From: Eledone cirrhosa
Taxonomy: Eukaryota
Direction: 5' to 3'
DNA length: 64,000 nucleotides
NCBI GenBank assembly: GCA_964016885.1
Contig: OZ024740.1
Location: forward strand, 152,396,001-152,460,000
In this document: piece by piece, positions 48,365 through 64,000 of the stretch
Position numbering within the stretch: position 1 is the first letter of the stretch
How the letters are laid out: every line of letters begins with the position of its first letter
Translations under genes and position numbers: made by a program
The notes under the pieces: generated by a model
The model's database searches: none
Seen by the model: only the letters and a program-made list of their open reading frames with translations
Told to the model about the DNA's origin: nothing

Positions 48365-48421
<57 letters not shown>

Positions 48422-48564
48422 ACATATATCCATACATTAACCTTTTTATCTACCAATCTATCCAATCTATCCATTTCGCTTATATCAGCATTGAAACGTC
48501 CATATATGCATATTGGTCCAGGTATATACTAGTATATGTATATGTATGTATATATATATTTATA

Positions 48565-48590
<26 letters not shown>

Positions 48591-48599
<9 letters not shown>

Positions 48600-49557
48600 A
48601 TGTATATATAATGTATTTTGCAATACACTTTATGCTTAATTAAAAGCATTTTGAAGACCGTAAGCTATTGTTTTAAAGTAGTGACAAATTCACTCACTTT
48701 GATCTCAGCAAACAGGGGAGATAAGCCGACAAGACTTGTTTCGCTTTGGTTGAAGCTTATCAAGGCCAACTACCCCACCTGTTTACTGAGATCATTGATG
48801 TTATATTCTTATAGAAATCTAGTAAATAATCAGGAGCTGATTATGCAGAGCGGTTGTTGGTTAGGCAGAAATTAAAAATTAGAATTGGAGCTCTGAAATA
48901 GCAATATATATATGGATGTATATATAATGTATTTTGCAATACACTTTATGCTTAATTAAAAGCATTTTGAAGACCGTAAGCTATTGTTTTAAAGTAGTGA
49001 CAAATTCACTCACTTTGATCTCAGCAAACAGGTGGGGTAGTTGGCCTTCATAAGCTTCAACCAAAGCGAAACAAGTCTTGTCGGCTTATCTCCCCTGTTT
49101 GCTGAGATCAAAGTGAGTGAATTTGTCACTACTTTAAAACAATAGCTTACGGTCTTCAAAATGCTTTTAATTAAGCATAAAGTGTATTGCAAAATACATT
49201 ATATATACATCCATATATATATTGCTATTTCAGAGCTCCAATTCTAATTTTTAATTTCTGCCTGACCAACAACCGCTCTGCATAATCAGCTCCTGATTAT
49301 TTACTAGATTTCTATAAGAATATAACATCAATGATCTCAATAAACAGGTGGGGTAGTTGGCCTTGATAAGCTTCAACCAAAGCGAAACAAGTCTTGTCGG
49401 CTTATCTCCCCTGTTTGCTGAGATCAAAGTGAGTGAATTTGTCACTACTTTAAAACAATAGCTTAAGGTCTTCAAAATGCTTTTAATTAAGCATAAAGTG
49501 TATTGCAAAATACATTATATACACATCCATATATATATTGCTATTTCAGAGCTCCAA

Positions 49558-49562
<5 letters not shown>
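48591..49562. repeat. 316-bp unit tandem array folded into an inverted repeat (retrozyme-like)
   Basis: Period 316 on both halves (48598/48914; 49210/49526). Inversion point at ~49020-49032 inside an internal hairpin. Confidence 0.9.
49332..49426 (+). ncRNA. Candidate hammerhead with U3-A8 core (mirror copy 48700-48794, minus)
   Basis: ..gttggcc-TTGATAA-gcttcaaccaaagc-GAAAC-aa-GTC-ttgtcggc.., closed by a long stem (gatctca..aaacagg / cctgttt..tgagatc). Confidence 0.55.
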
Positions 49563-51618
<2,056 letters not shown>

Positions 51619-52779
51619 GAAATTACATGAATCAAAGTTCTGTTCAAATCATTTATTCGCTTACAATTGTTTCTTCCAAACCGAGGTTTGGAGTCTTCGG
51701 AGCAATTTTTCAATGATTGTTTACATACTTGACCTCCTTTTCAATACAAGAGACATACAGAAACATATGTAGATATTGATGCACAGTAGGTTGACATCCA
51801 TTATAATATTTAATCATGGCAGTTTACATTTAAAGATTAAGATTAAAGTCATATTAAAAGAAAATTACAACAAAATTAAAGTTATAATACAACATTGGCA
51901 GTCTATGAAGGTGATGCAGGAGGATAGTTAGAAGTAGTTAGTTACACGTGGGGCATGCACGTGTATCCTATTTATATAAGAATATAGTGCGGTAAGGTGT
52001 TATATGGAATATAAGCACTTTAAGCGGGCAATCAAGAGTATTATGGGGGTTGTATAGTATTTTATATGTATGATATAGAAGCCTGTGTGCAGAGAAATAT
52101 TTAAAGTATTAAGAATGAGAAGCAAAACAGTGTTATGGTTTTTCGTATACACCACCATTTTCACAATCCAGGATTGCCCGCTTAAAGTGCTTATATTCCA
52201 TCACCTTACCGCACTATATTCTTATATAAATAGGACACACATGCCTGCCCCACGCGTAACTAACTACTTCTAACTATCCTCCTGCATCACCTTCATAGAC
52301 TGCCAATGTTGTGTTATAACTTTAATTTTGTTGTAATTTTCTTTTAATATGACTTTAATCTTTAAATGTAAACTGCCATGCTTAAATATTATAATGGATG
52401 TCAACCCACTGTGCATCAATATATACATATGTTTCTGTATGTCTCTTGTGTTGAAAAGGAGGTCAAGTATGTAAACAATCATTGAAAAATTGCTCCGAAG
52501 ACTTCAAACCTCGGTTTGGAAGAAACAATTGTAAGCGAATAAATGATTTGAACAGAACTTTGATTCATGTATTTTCTATATAACTGCTCTGTAGAACAAT
52601 TGATGTTATTACATTGAGCTTACTGGTAATAAGTTAGTAATAAATTACTGTCTTTCACTGTTTAGGGTTTAAAATATATATAACTATAAAAGGTTTTAGT
52701 GTATAGATAACCATAAATAGTATCCTTAATACTATTAACTGCTTCATACCGTTGAGCTGACATACAATAAATTACCAGT

Positions 52780-55237
52780 ATGCTGACCAAAGACCAACTC
52801 CTTATGTCAACCAAGAACATACCAATACCATCCAAGAATACATATGAAAAATTATTGATCGACAGTGTAAATTCCTTTATCAATAGAGTGAGATGGAGGA
52901 CATTCCATTATGATAAAAACAAATCTAACAACATTAATAATACTAACAAATTTGACACCTTCGGCTTTAAAACATTTGGAAGCCCCCCCCCCCATAACAC
53001 ACTACTAAACTCCTTTGAAAATGACCTAATAAAACTAGTTAAGAACATTAAATACAAAAAGCACCGTAATAAAAACAACACATTCTTAAACAAACTTAAC
53101 ACCTCTATTAATGAATTCAAAACTAGTAATAAGAATATTGTACATGCAGAGAAAACTAATAACATATACAGCCTAGATTATAACACTTATAGAAAGTTTA
53201 TATATAATGAACTATATAAAAGCTACAAGAAAACTACTACGAAAAACTTAGAAAATATTAATATGGAAGGCTACAATATAGTGTCCAAACTAGGACTTCA
53301 GAAACATACACAACCATATACCCCAAAACCCCCTAGATTATTTCTGAAGGACCATAAGGAGGACTTCATTAGAAACCCCTTGATGAGGCTTATCTGCCCT
53401 TCCAAGTCTGACATTGGCATTATCAGTAAGAAAATTTTAGATAAAATCATCCCACAGATTAAACACAAGATATACCTTAAACAATGGGGAAATACAGGTG
53501 AAGTGATTGAATGGTTCAAAGATATCAAGGATAGCAAGGATAAAAAATGTATTCAATTTGATATCAATTCATACTACACCTCTATTTCCCCTATCCTATT
53601 AAATAAGGCACTTATCATGGCCATGGACAATAGTGATCTGACTAGACCCCAGATTGATGTCATACTTGCGGCCCGTAAAACAGTAATCACCTTTAAAGAG
53701 CAATTATGGACCCGCAAAGATACGCAAAACAACTTCGACATAATCATGGGCTCTAGTGACTCGGCGCAGGTCACTGATTTAGTCGGCCTATATTTACTTA
53801 ACGAGATCCATAAGGTCCTTCCATACCTCAACGGTGGTTTGTACCGCGATGATGCACTTCTACTTATAGACTATAAAAGATTCAATATAGAAAGAACTAG
53901 AAAACTATTGTACAAGACATTAAAAAACTATAACCTTAGTATCACCATGGACAAAAACACTAAAAACGTTAACTTCCTGGACGCCACCCTCTACCTAGAC
54001 TCAAAGATATATACACCTTTCCATAAACCTAACGAAAAACTCATTTACGTAGATACCAAGTCTAACCACCCTAGATCAATATTAAACTCTATCTCTAAGG
54101 GAGTGTCCAATAGAATCTCTAATCTATCATATGACATAAACATATTTAGCAAAAACTCGCAATATTATAATCAGGCATTAGCTAGATTAGGCCATAATAT
54201 AGAGATCGAGTTCCTACCTACAAAAACACATAGCTAAAATATTATTTCGCACATGTCCATGAGGAAATTTAGTAATAAGAATAGCAACCACACACACACT
54301 AATACGGTAGATGCCAACAAAAGTAACCCACACCACAGAAATTACCCTCGTACCATAAAAAGAAACAACTCAACAGGCATAAAAAACAAAAATAGAAGAA
54401 GAAATAATACATTTTTCAACGTTCCTTTCAATCTAAACGTATCTACCAACCTACCTAGAGCTTTCTTTTCACTCCTAGATAAAAACTTCCCATCTGGCCA
54501 CAAGTACCATAGCCTTTCAAACAAAAACACCGTTAAAATCTCCTACTCTACTACGCCTAACTTAGCATACCAGATAGCTAGTAGCAATAAAAGAAAAATT
54601 TATTTTTACTTCCAACAAACTAAATCTCAACGCGATAAACCTTCTTAATAACATTATATCAACTAACCCTAATAAAAATAGTAATAATAGTAATAGCACT
54701 AGTGTAAGTAATAACGCTGGGAACATCAACCCCCATAACCATAATCCTATAGCTACCATCCGGACTTCTACACAACATAATAACCGGCAGACTAACACCC
54801 AGAATAATTGTAACTGTAGATAAAATAGAACCTGCCCTTTAGATAAAAAATGCTTAATCAAGGATATAATATACTCATGCACCGTCACAACTAGCAACTC
54901 TTCTGAAACCTATATAGGCTCTACTTCAAACTACTTCAAAACTAGATACAATTCGCACCTCCACTCTTTCAAAAACCACAGTCTAGCCAACTCCACTTCA
55001 CTATCTAGCTACATACACTATCTAAAAACTAAAAATAAATCTTATACATTTAAATGGGAAGTGATAGGTAACGCGACATCGTACAAACCACCTAATAAAT
55101 TTTGTAACCTCTGTCTACTAGAGACCCATACTATTATCTTCTCAAACCGTATCCTCCTTAATAAAAAATCAGAAGTGTTCGCGTCTTGCCAGCACCGCTT
55201 CCGATACTCCTTCCAAAACTTTAAACCCAATATATAA
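52780..55237 (+). pseudogene. Penelope-like RT-EN ORF, copy 1 (RT open for 485 aa; stops and frameshift downstream)
   Basis: STKNIP, RVRWR, LKDHK, QFDINSYY, MGSSDSAQ, GGLYRDD, NFLD, SNHP; stop at 54235, frameshift ~54630, stop ~54820. Confidence 0.95.
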
Positions 55238-56690
55238 CAATGTCAGACTTGAAACCGTCACCACCTCTAGCAACAAACCTCAAGGGCACACCTTACACCA
55301 CATCTCCACACTCAATGATCCACATTAACAAAAATAGTGAATTCCTTCAAGAACCTTTTACCCTAGAGATATCCCCATGTACATCTACTTTTGGTATATT
55401 GCCTTCAATTGCTTAGACTACATTACACCATTATATAATTAATGTAAACTTTAAACACTGAATGGGTTGTGCTAATGTTGTTCTGTGAATGGAGTGCCAT
55501 CATTAGATAAATGGAAGATTAATTAATTTATTAACATAAAAGAAATATTTAACCTTTATGCTGGGTACAATGAATTATGTGCAAGTGATATATGAATTGT
55601 ACATACATGTATGACTTGATGGTCAGATTGGTGAAATTGTAAGTGAGAATTAATCTCTGATCTACCCTAGTGATATTTAACTTTGCCATGCAATCAGACA
55701 TGCACTGACCCTGAGCTTACCGGGAGTTATATATAGAAGTGATTATAATAAAACCCTGCCAGGTTCTGCGGGTAGACTACACTTACAAAGATCATTGATT
55801 TGAGGCTCTGACTCTTCATGTAGAATATTCAGTTGTGGCACTCTATGATAGAGGGTAATCATCCTAATATGAACACCTTTAGTACTTCTTAATAGACTAG
55901 ACTGTAATTTATAGATAGGATACTTATACTTAGAAACTGTTTATAACCTATATGATAGAGACTCATGTGTGACACAATTTAATGTACATTAGGATAATAT
56001 ATTTTAGTTATAGAAATCAGCTAGTTACCCCCCTCACTCATTAACTCCCCTTAATCACACACACACTTCCGGAAAATAATACGATGTTAAACCTCGCAAC
56101 AAAAACAACCTGCTCTATAATATTGGATTAAAGAACAACAATCTGTAATATTCCAACCTAATTCATCAAGCATCCAATATTGAATCATCGTAGATTATGT
56201 GAAGGACATATAATCTATATATTACGTTTCCTGAATTGTGAAAATGGTGGTGTATACGAAAAACCATAACACTGTTTTGCTTCTCATTCTTAATACTTTA
56301 AATATTTCTCTGCACACAAGCTTCTATATCATACATATAAAATACTATACAACCCCCATAATACTCTTGATTGCCCGCTTAAAGTGCTTATATTCCATAT
56401 AACACCTTACCGCACTATATTCTTATATAAATAGGACACACGTGCATGCCCCACGTGTAACTAACTACTTCTAACTATCCTCCTGCATCACCTTCATAGA
56501 CTGCCAATGTTGTATTATAACTTTAAATTTGTTGTAATTTTCTTTTAATATGACTTTAATCTTTAAATGTAAACTGTCATGCTTAAATATTATAATGGAT
56601 GTCAACCCACTGTGCATCAATATATACATATGTTTCTGTATGTCTCATGTGTTGAAAAGGAGGTCAAGTATGTAAACAATCATTGAAAAA

Positions 56691-56739
56691 TTGCTCCGAA
56701 GACTCCAAACCTCGGTTTGGAAGAAACAATTGTAAGCGA
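56691..56739 (+). ncRNA. Type I hammerhead, U4C core (copies at 52490-52538 +, 60914-60962 +, 51657-51705 -)
   Basis: ttgct-CCGAAGA-ctccaaacctcggtttggaa-GAAA-caattg-TA-agcga; palindrome ACAATTGT. Confidence 0.75.
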
Positions 56740-56988
56740 ATAAATGATTTGAACAGAACTTTGATTCATGTAATTTCTATATAACTGCCCTGTAGAACAA
56801 CTGATGTTATTACATTGAGCTATTTATCTTACTGGTAATAAGGTAGTAATAAATTACTGTCTTTCACTGTTTAGGGTTTAACATATATATAACTATAAAA
56901 GGTTTTAGTGTATACATAACCATAAATAGTATCCTTAATACTATTAACTGCTTCATACCGTTGAGCTGACATACAATAAATTACCAGT

Positions 56989-59460
56989 ATGCTGACCAAA
57001 AACCAACTCCTTATGTCAACCAAGAACATACCAGTACCATCCAAGAATACATATGAAAAATTATTGATCGACAGTGTAAATTCCTTTATCAATAGAGTGA
57101 GATGGAGGACATTCCATTATGATAAAAACAAATCTAACAAGGTTAATAATACTAACAAATTTGACACCTTCGGCTTTAAAACATTTGGAAGCGCCCCCCC
57201 CCCCCTCATAACACACTACTAAACTCCTTTGAAAATGACCTAATAAAACTAGTTAAGAACATTAAATACAAAAAGCACCGTAATAAAAACAACACATTCT
57301 TAAACAAACTTAACACCTCTATTAATGAATTCAAAACTAGTAATAAGATTATTGTACATGCAGACAAAACTAATAACATATACAGCCTAGATTATAACAC
57401 TTATAGAAAATTTATATATAATGAACTACATAAAAGCTACAAGAAAACTACTACGAAAAACTTAGAAAATATTAATATGGAAGGCTACAATATAGTGTCC
57501 AAACTAGGACTTCAGAGACATACACAACCATATACCCCAAACCCCCCTAGATTATTTCTGAAGGACCATAAGGAGGACTTCATTAGAAACCCCTTGATTA
57601 GGCTTATCTGCCCTTCCAAGTCTGACATTGGCATTATCAGTAAGAAAATTTTAGATAAAATCATCCCACAGATTAAACACAAGATATACCTTAAACAATG
57701 GGGAAATACAGGTGAAGTGATTGAATGGTTCAAAGATATCAAGGATAGCAAGGATAACAAATGTATTCAATTTGATATCAATTCATACTACACCTCTATT
57801 TCCCCTATCCTATTAAATAAGGCACTTATCATGGCCATGGACAATAGTGATCTGACTAGACCCCAGATTGATGTCATACTTGCGGCCCGTAAAACAGTAA
57901 TCACCTTTAAAGACCAATTATGGACCCGCAAAGATACGTAAAACAACTTCGACATAATCATGGGATCTAGTGACTCGGCGCAGGTCACTGATTTAGTCGG
58001 CCGATATTTACTTAACGAAATCCATAAGGACCTTCCATACCTCAACGGTGGTTTGTACCGCGATGATGCACTTCTACTTATAGACTATAAAAGATTCAAT
58101 ATAGAAAGAACTAGAAAACTATTGTACAAGACATTAAAAAACTATAACCTTAGTATCACCATCGACAAAAACACTAAAAACGTTAACTTCCTGGACGCCA
58201 CCCTGTACCTGGAGTCAAAGATATATACACCTTTCCATAAACCTAACGAAAAACTCATTTACGTAGATACCAAGTCTAACCACCCTAGATCAATATTAAA
58301 CTCTATCTCTAAGGGAGTGTCCAATAGAATCTCTAATCTATCATATGACAGACATAAACATATTTAGCAAAAACTCGCAATATTATAATCAGGCATTAGC
58401 TAGATTAGGCCATAATATAGAGATCGAGTTCCTACCTACAAAAACACATGGCTACAATATTATTTCGCACAATATGTCCATGAGGAAATTTAGTAATAAG
58501 AATAGCAACCACACACACACTAATACGGTAGATGCCAACAAAAGTAACCCACACCACAGAAATTACCCTCGTACCATAACAAGAAACAACTCAACAGGCA
58601 TAAAAAACAAAAATAGAAGAAGAAATAGTACATTTTTCAACGTTCCTTTCAATCTAAACGTATCTACCAACCTACCTAGAGCTTTCTTTTCACTCCTAGA
58701 TAAAAACTTCCCATCTGGCCACAAGTACCATAGCCTTTTAAACAAAAACACCGTTAAAATCTCCTACTCTACTACGCCTAACTTAGCATACCAGATAGCT
58801 AGTAGCAATAAAAGAAAAATTTATTTTTACTTCCAACAAACTAAATCTCAACAGGCGATAAACCTTCTTAATAACATTATATCAACTAACCCTAATAACA
58901 ATAGTAATAATATTAATAGCACTAGTGTAAGTAATAACGCTGGGAACATTAACCCCCATAACCATAATCCTATAGCTACCATCCGGATTTCTACACAACA
59001 TAATAACCGGCAGACTAACACCCAGAATAATTGTAACTGTAGATCAAATAGAACCTGCCCTTTAGATAAAAAATGCTTAATCAAGGATATAATATACTCA
59101 TGCACCGTCACAACTAGCAACTCTTCTGAAACCTATATAGGCTCTACTTCAAACTGCTTCAAAACTAGATACAATTCGCACCTCCACTCTTTCAAAAACC
59201 ACAGTCTAGCCAACTCCACTTCACTATCTAGCTACATACACTATCTAAAAACTAAAAATAAATCTTATACATTTAAATGGGAAGTGGTAGGTAACGCGAC
59301 ATCGTACAAACCACCTAATAAATTTTGTAACCTCTGTCTACTAGAGACCCATACTATTATCTTCTCAAACCGTATCCTCCTTAATTATAAATCAGAAGTG
59401 TTCGCGTCTTGCCAGCACCGCTTCCGATACTCCTTCCAAAACTTTAAACCCAATATATAA
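56989..59460 (+). pseudogene. Penelope-like RT-EN ORF, copy 2 (RT disrupted; C-terminal 371 aa with GIY-YIG open)
   Basis: Frameshift in poly-C ~57200, stop 57939, frameshift ~58348; CNCRSNRTCPLDKKCL, IIYSC..YIGSTS, CNLC..CQH. Confidence 0.95.
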
Positions 59461-61161
59461 CAATGTCAGACTTGAAACCGTCACCACCTCTAGCAACAAA
59501 CCTCAAGGGCACACCTTACACCACATCTCCACACTCAATGATCCACATTAACACAAATAGTGAATTCCTTCAAGAACCTTTTACCCTAGAGATATCCCCA
59601 TGTACATCTACTTTTGGTATATTGCCTTCAATTGCTTAGACTACATTACACCATTATATAATTAATGTAAACTTTAAACACTGAATGGGTTGTGCTAATG
59701 TTGTTCTGTGTATGGAGTGCCATCATTAGATAAATGGAAGATTAATTAATTTATTAACATAAAAGAAATATTTAACCTTTATGCTGGGTACAATGAATTA
59801 TGTGCAAGTGATATATGAATTGTACATACATGTATGACTTGATGGTCAGATTGGTGAAATTGTAAGTGAGAATTAATCTCTGATCTACCCTAGTGATATT
59901 TAACTTTGCCATGCAATCAGACATGCACTGACCCTGAGCTTACCGGGAGTTATATATAGAAGTGATTATAATAAAACCCTGCCAGGTTCTGCGGGTAGAC
60001 TACACTTACAAAGATCATTGATTTGAGGCTCTGACTCTTCATGTAGAATATTCAGTTGTGGCACTCTATGATAGAGGGTAATCATCCTAATATGAACACC
60101 TTTAGTACTTCTTAATAGACTAGACTGTAATTTATAGATAGGATACTTATACTTAGAAACTGTTTATAACCTATATGATAGAGACTCATGTGTGACACAA
60201 TTTAATGTACATTAGGATAATATATTTTAGTTATAGAAATCAGCTAGTTACCCCCCTCACTCATTAACTCCCCTTAATCACACACACACTTCCGGAAAAT
60301 AATACGATGTTAAACCTCGCAACAAAAACAACCTGCTCTATAATATTGGATTAAAGAACAACAATCTGTAATATTCCAACCTAATTCATCAAGCATCCAA
60401 TATTGAATCATCGTAGATTATGTGAAGGACATATAATCTATATATTACGTTTCCTGAATTGTGAAAATGGTGGTGTATACGAAAAACCATAACACTGTTT
60501 TGCTTCTCATTCTTAATACTTTAAATATTTCTCTGCACACAAGCTTCTATATCATACATATAAAATACTATACAACCCCCATAATACTCTTGATTGCCCG
60601 CTTAAAGTGCTTATATTCCATATAACACCTTACCGCACTATATTCTTATATAAATAGGACACACGTGCATGCCCCACGTGTAACTAACTACTTCTAACTA
60701 TCCTCCTGCATCACCTTCATAGACTGCCAATGTTGTATTATAACTTTAAATTTGTTGTAATTTTCTTTTAATATGACTTTAATCTTTAAATGTAAACTGT
60801 CATGCTTAAATATTATAATGGATGTCAACCCACTGTGCATCAATATATACATATGTTTCTGTATGTCTCTTGTGTTGAAAAGGAGGTCAAGTATGTAAAC
60901 AATCATTGAAAAATTGCTCCGAAGACTCCAAACCTCGATTTGGAAGAAACAATTGTAAGCGAATAAATGATTTGAACAGAACTTTGATTCATGTAATTTC
61001 TATATAACTGCCCTGTAGAACAACTGGTGTTATTACATTGAGTTATTTATCTTACTGGTAATAAGGTAGTAATAAATTACTGTCTTTCACTGTTTAGGGT
61101 TTAAAATATATATAACTATAAAAGATTTTACTGTATACATAACCATAAATAGTATCCTTAA

Positions 61162-61207
<46 letters not shown>

Positions 61208-61211
<4 letters not shown>

Positions 61212-64000
61212 ATAATAATAAATTTGAAGACTAAAATCCAAAGAGGGCTCGATAGACGTATAGCAATGTGTGTTGTAGTCATGGTGGTGGCGGTGATGGG
61301 GTGATATGTTCAACAATATAATTACATGATCAGATGTTACGATGGGTTACAGGGTAAAGCATAGGGAGAGGGCAGATGTAACTCAGTCGTTCTGGGAGTG
61401 AGTGATGATATGTGTTGATGATGTTAATGACGTTAGTGATTGTTGAAGTATGTGGATGTATCTAGTGGTGGCGGTGGTGGTGTGTGCGACAGTACATTTA
61501 CAGGATCGAATTTTGCATGGGGTTGTAGGTTAGGGTAGACAGAGGAAACATGGGGAGTAAGGTTGCGGGTGTGGGATGGTAGACATATAACGATGTGTGC
61601 GGTGGTGGTGGTGGTGGTGGTGGCAATGGGGTGATATGATCGGATGTTACTATGGTTTGCAAGGTAAAACCTGACAGAGAGGACAGATAGAACACAAATT
61701 TGAAAAGATGAGGGGTGTATGGCGATGGGATTTTTGGTGGGGGTGACGTATGCGGCATGATATACAAAATACGGGCTTACAAATGGTTACATGCAATACA
61801 ATAAAATAAATTCACTGAGATGAGGGATGGTGTGACGGGGCAGAGGTGCTTATTATTATGCTGGGTCATGGTTAGTGTGCGGCCCTCCGCCGAATGTTTG
61901 TGCAGAAAATGTGTTCATCCTGGTGTGTTTACAATTGACAATTATGTCTGAACTATAGTTTATGGCAGATTTTAATTTAATTATTTCTGCCGCCTCGGCC
62001 AGGCATAACCTGGTTTCTGTCACTGGGGAGTTGCGCCAAGCGTCTTTTGACTGACCATGTGACCTGAGATTCGATGTTCTTATCCTTGAGGTCCCAGATC
62101 AAGTCGGCCAGTCTGATTTGGGATCGTTTCAGCCTATGTTTAAAGGAGCTACTATGGTTATACCAGCGCTCCTTAAATGTAGTGGAGGTCGCACCTATAT
62201 ATGAGTACTCTTTATTACCAGGTGTGACATCACACCGGTAAACAATGTTTTTAACGAGGCACTCCCGTTTAGTGGGCATTCAGCCCGTTTCTTGCAGTTG
62301 CAGTTGGGTGTTACCGGTGTGGTGGCACGTTGCCGGTTGGTGGCGTACTGTGTGGAGCTGACATGTGGGTTGTTGTGTTGTGTTGTGTATGTGGTTTCGT
62401 TCTGGGTTGTGGTAGTGGTTTGTTGTGGGGCAACCAGGTGTTTTCGTATTTTTGTCCTATTGGTTTGTGCTATTGTGTGGCCTAGATTTGGTGCTGTGGA
62501 GAAAGAGAATTTTACAGTGTGTTTATTGAAGAGCTTGTGGTATTTATGTGTGAGTGGAAAAGATTGTTCAAGATCCCTGAAGAAGGTTCCCGGTATATTT
62601 GTGGCAACGTGTATAGAATACGGGGCGTTGTACCATGTGACAGGTCTACTTCGGGCTCTGCGGTCTTTAGTGAGGTTTTTGTGGTAGTTGGTAGTATGGG
62701 TGCGTTTTGGTCAGGCGTATGTGTCATGGGGGTTCCTAGTAATCTGTTGGTGTTATGTCTTTTGTCTCTATTACTACGTAAATGTGAGCGATAGTTGGAG
62801 TCCTTATTGGGGTTGATGAGTATGGCTTTAACTCCTTGACGGTTGTGTGTGACGCTGGCTGCCCTGTCGGCTACAGAGGGTCTTAGGTTATTATTTGTTC
62901 TAGGTGTGGTGACCTTTTCTATGTTCGTTTCTAAGGGTACGGTTAAGTTTGGCGGCGTTACGGTTCTATTTGGGTCGATGTAAGAAACCTTCTCATTAGG
63001 TTTGTGGTATGGACGGTAGTGACCTGAGTCTAATTCTAGGGTGACATCTAAAAAGTTCACTGTCCTACTGTTAGGTTCAATTTCTACCGCTAATCCTTGG
63101 GTCTTAAAGATGTACCTAAGTCGTTTGTGCAGTCTATCTAATTGGCTATTATTGAGTCCACGGGTCATTAGTAGGTCATTGTCGCGGTATAAGTCACCGC
63201 CCAAGGAGGGGGTCTCGTTTGTTAATATATTTAGGAGGTATATGCCTACTATATTTGTAACCTGTGCGGAGTCAGTCGATCCCATGGTAATGTCGAAGCT
63301 CTCTGGTCTATTCTGTCGCTCCCACAATCTACCGTCAAATTCTAGTAAAGTTTTCCTAGCTGCTAGTATGATGTCCACTTCCTTTCTAGTGAGGCTTGAT
63401 CTGTTCATGGCTGAGATCAGTGCCTTGTTAAGGATGATTGGGGGATATAGATGCGTAGTATTTCGTAATGTCCAATTGGACTAATCGAACATTCGACTTA
63501 GTTTCAATGCCACAAAACCAGTCGATTACCTCCTTTGTACAAGACCATAGGCTGAATTTAGTTCTAATCCTAAGTTCAGGTATAATCCGGTCAATAATTG
63601 ATTTGCTAAGTCTACCTAGGTCCGATTTAGAGGGGACTATGAGCCTGACCGGTAGTTTTGACTGGAAGTCCGGCTTATGGCCTTTAATGGATAGTCTCAG
63701 TGTCCTAGGGTTGTAGGGATGAGTCCTGTCGTCAATGCTCAATTCCGTCATTATTGTTTTCGCCTGTTTGTTTATGTGTGCTAGGTTTTCCCGTGTTGAT
63801 ATTTTGTATATTTTAGTGATTTCATTTGTAATGCATTTGTTGTATGTTTTGTACTCCAAATTGTATAAGTTTACCGTTTTATCGGCTGGTACGATGATGC
63901 CAGTGCGATTCCTGATCTTTTTTACAGTAGATGCGAGCCCAGACAGGAATGCACTTCTGTGAGGGTTTCGCGGTGGTTTCCTGAATCTAATGGTCCGGAC
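61208..64000 (-). mobile_element. Decayed Penelope-like element of a GC-richer family (runs off window end)
   Basis: PADKT, IKGHK, QLDITKYY, FDITMGSTDSAQ, LYRDND (mutated YRDD), NFLDV, WYNAPY, CNCKKRAECPL, YIGATSTTFKERWYNH; several frameshifts. Confidence 0.92.

Larger units (their letters stand above)
43820..48368 (+). mobile_element. Probable single 5'-truncated Penelope-like element with a ~3.5-kb low-complexity 3' UTR
   Basis: EN fragment, then TA/TG-rich tract 44940-47500, then a same-strand HHR and tail motif ending at (TA)n. Confidence 0.55.

Noticed and set aside
48618-49508. Repeated 85-aa ORF (MQYTLCLIK..)
   Set aside because: TTG start with no domain features; it recurs only because the 316-bp unit is repeated.
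52780-60400. Selenoprotein recoding (reported for some Naiad PLEs)
   Set aside because: Premature stops seen are TAA, Cys motif positions use TGT/TGC, and no convincing SECIS is visible in the 3' UTR.
52662-63962. Antisense ORFs overlapping PLE ORFs
   Set aside because: Shadow frames of A/C-rich coding sequence; no independent motifs.

Overview
AT-rich, microsatellite-saturated eukaryotic non-genic DNA. The SINE family and repeat landscape suggest an octopus or other cephalopod (inference). No host protein-coding gene is supportable; most ORF-track entries are translations of (TA)n/(CA)n/(TG)n. The window is a nest of transposable elements. (i) At least 10 insertions of Penelope-like retroelements (RT plus C-terminal GIY-YIG with CxC-x5-CP-x4-C linker and CxxC..CxH tail, Naiad-like) sit in (TA)n. 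They include a near full-length tandem dimer (51.6-61.2 kb) and many 5'-truncated copies with inverted pseudo-LTRs. (ii) A 9.8-kb Buster-type hAT has TIRs and an 8-bp TSD and encloses nested elements. (iii) tRNA-derived SINEs, R4/Dong and RTE LINE fragments, MITEs and a Helitron-like element. Reading by eye finds about 20 type I hammerhead ribozyme motifs. Their stem III palindromes are largely family-specific, several have core variants (U4C in two families; a U3-A8 covariant core in a 316-bp retrozyme-like array), and three have ~80-115 nt stem II domains. A recurrent RCTCY..YGAGY motif lies in the 'tails' beyond the pLTRs of otherwise unrelated families.
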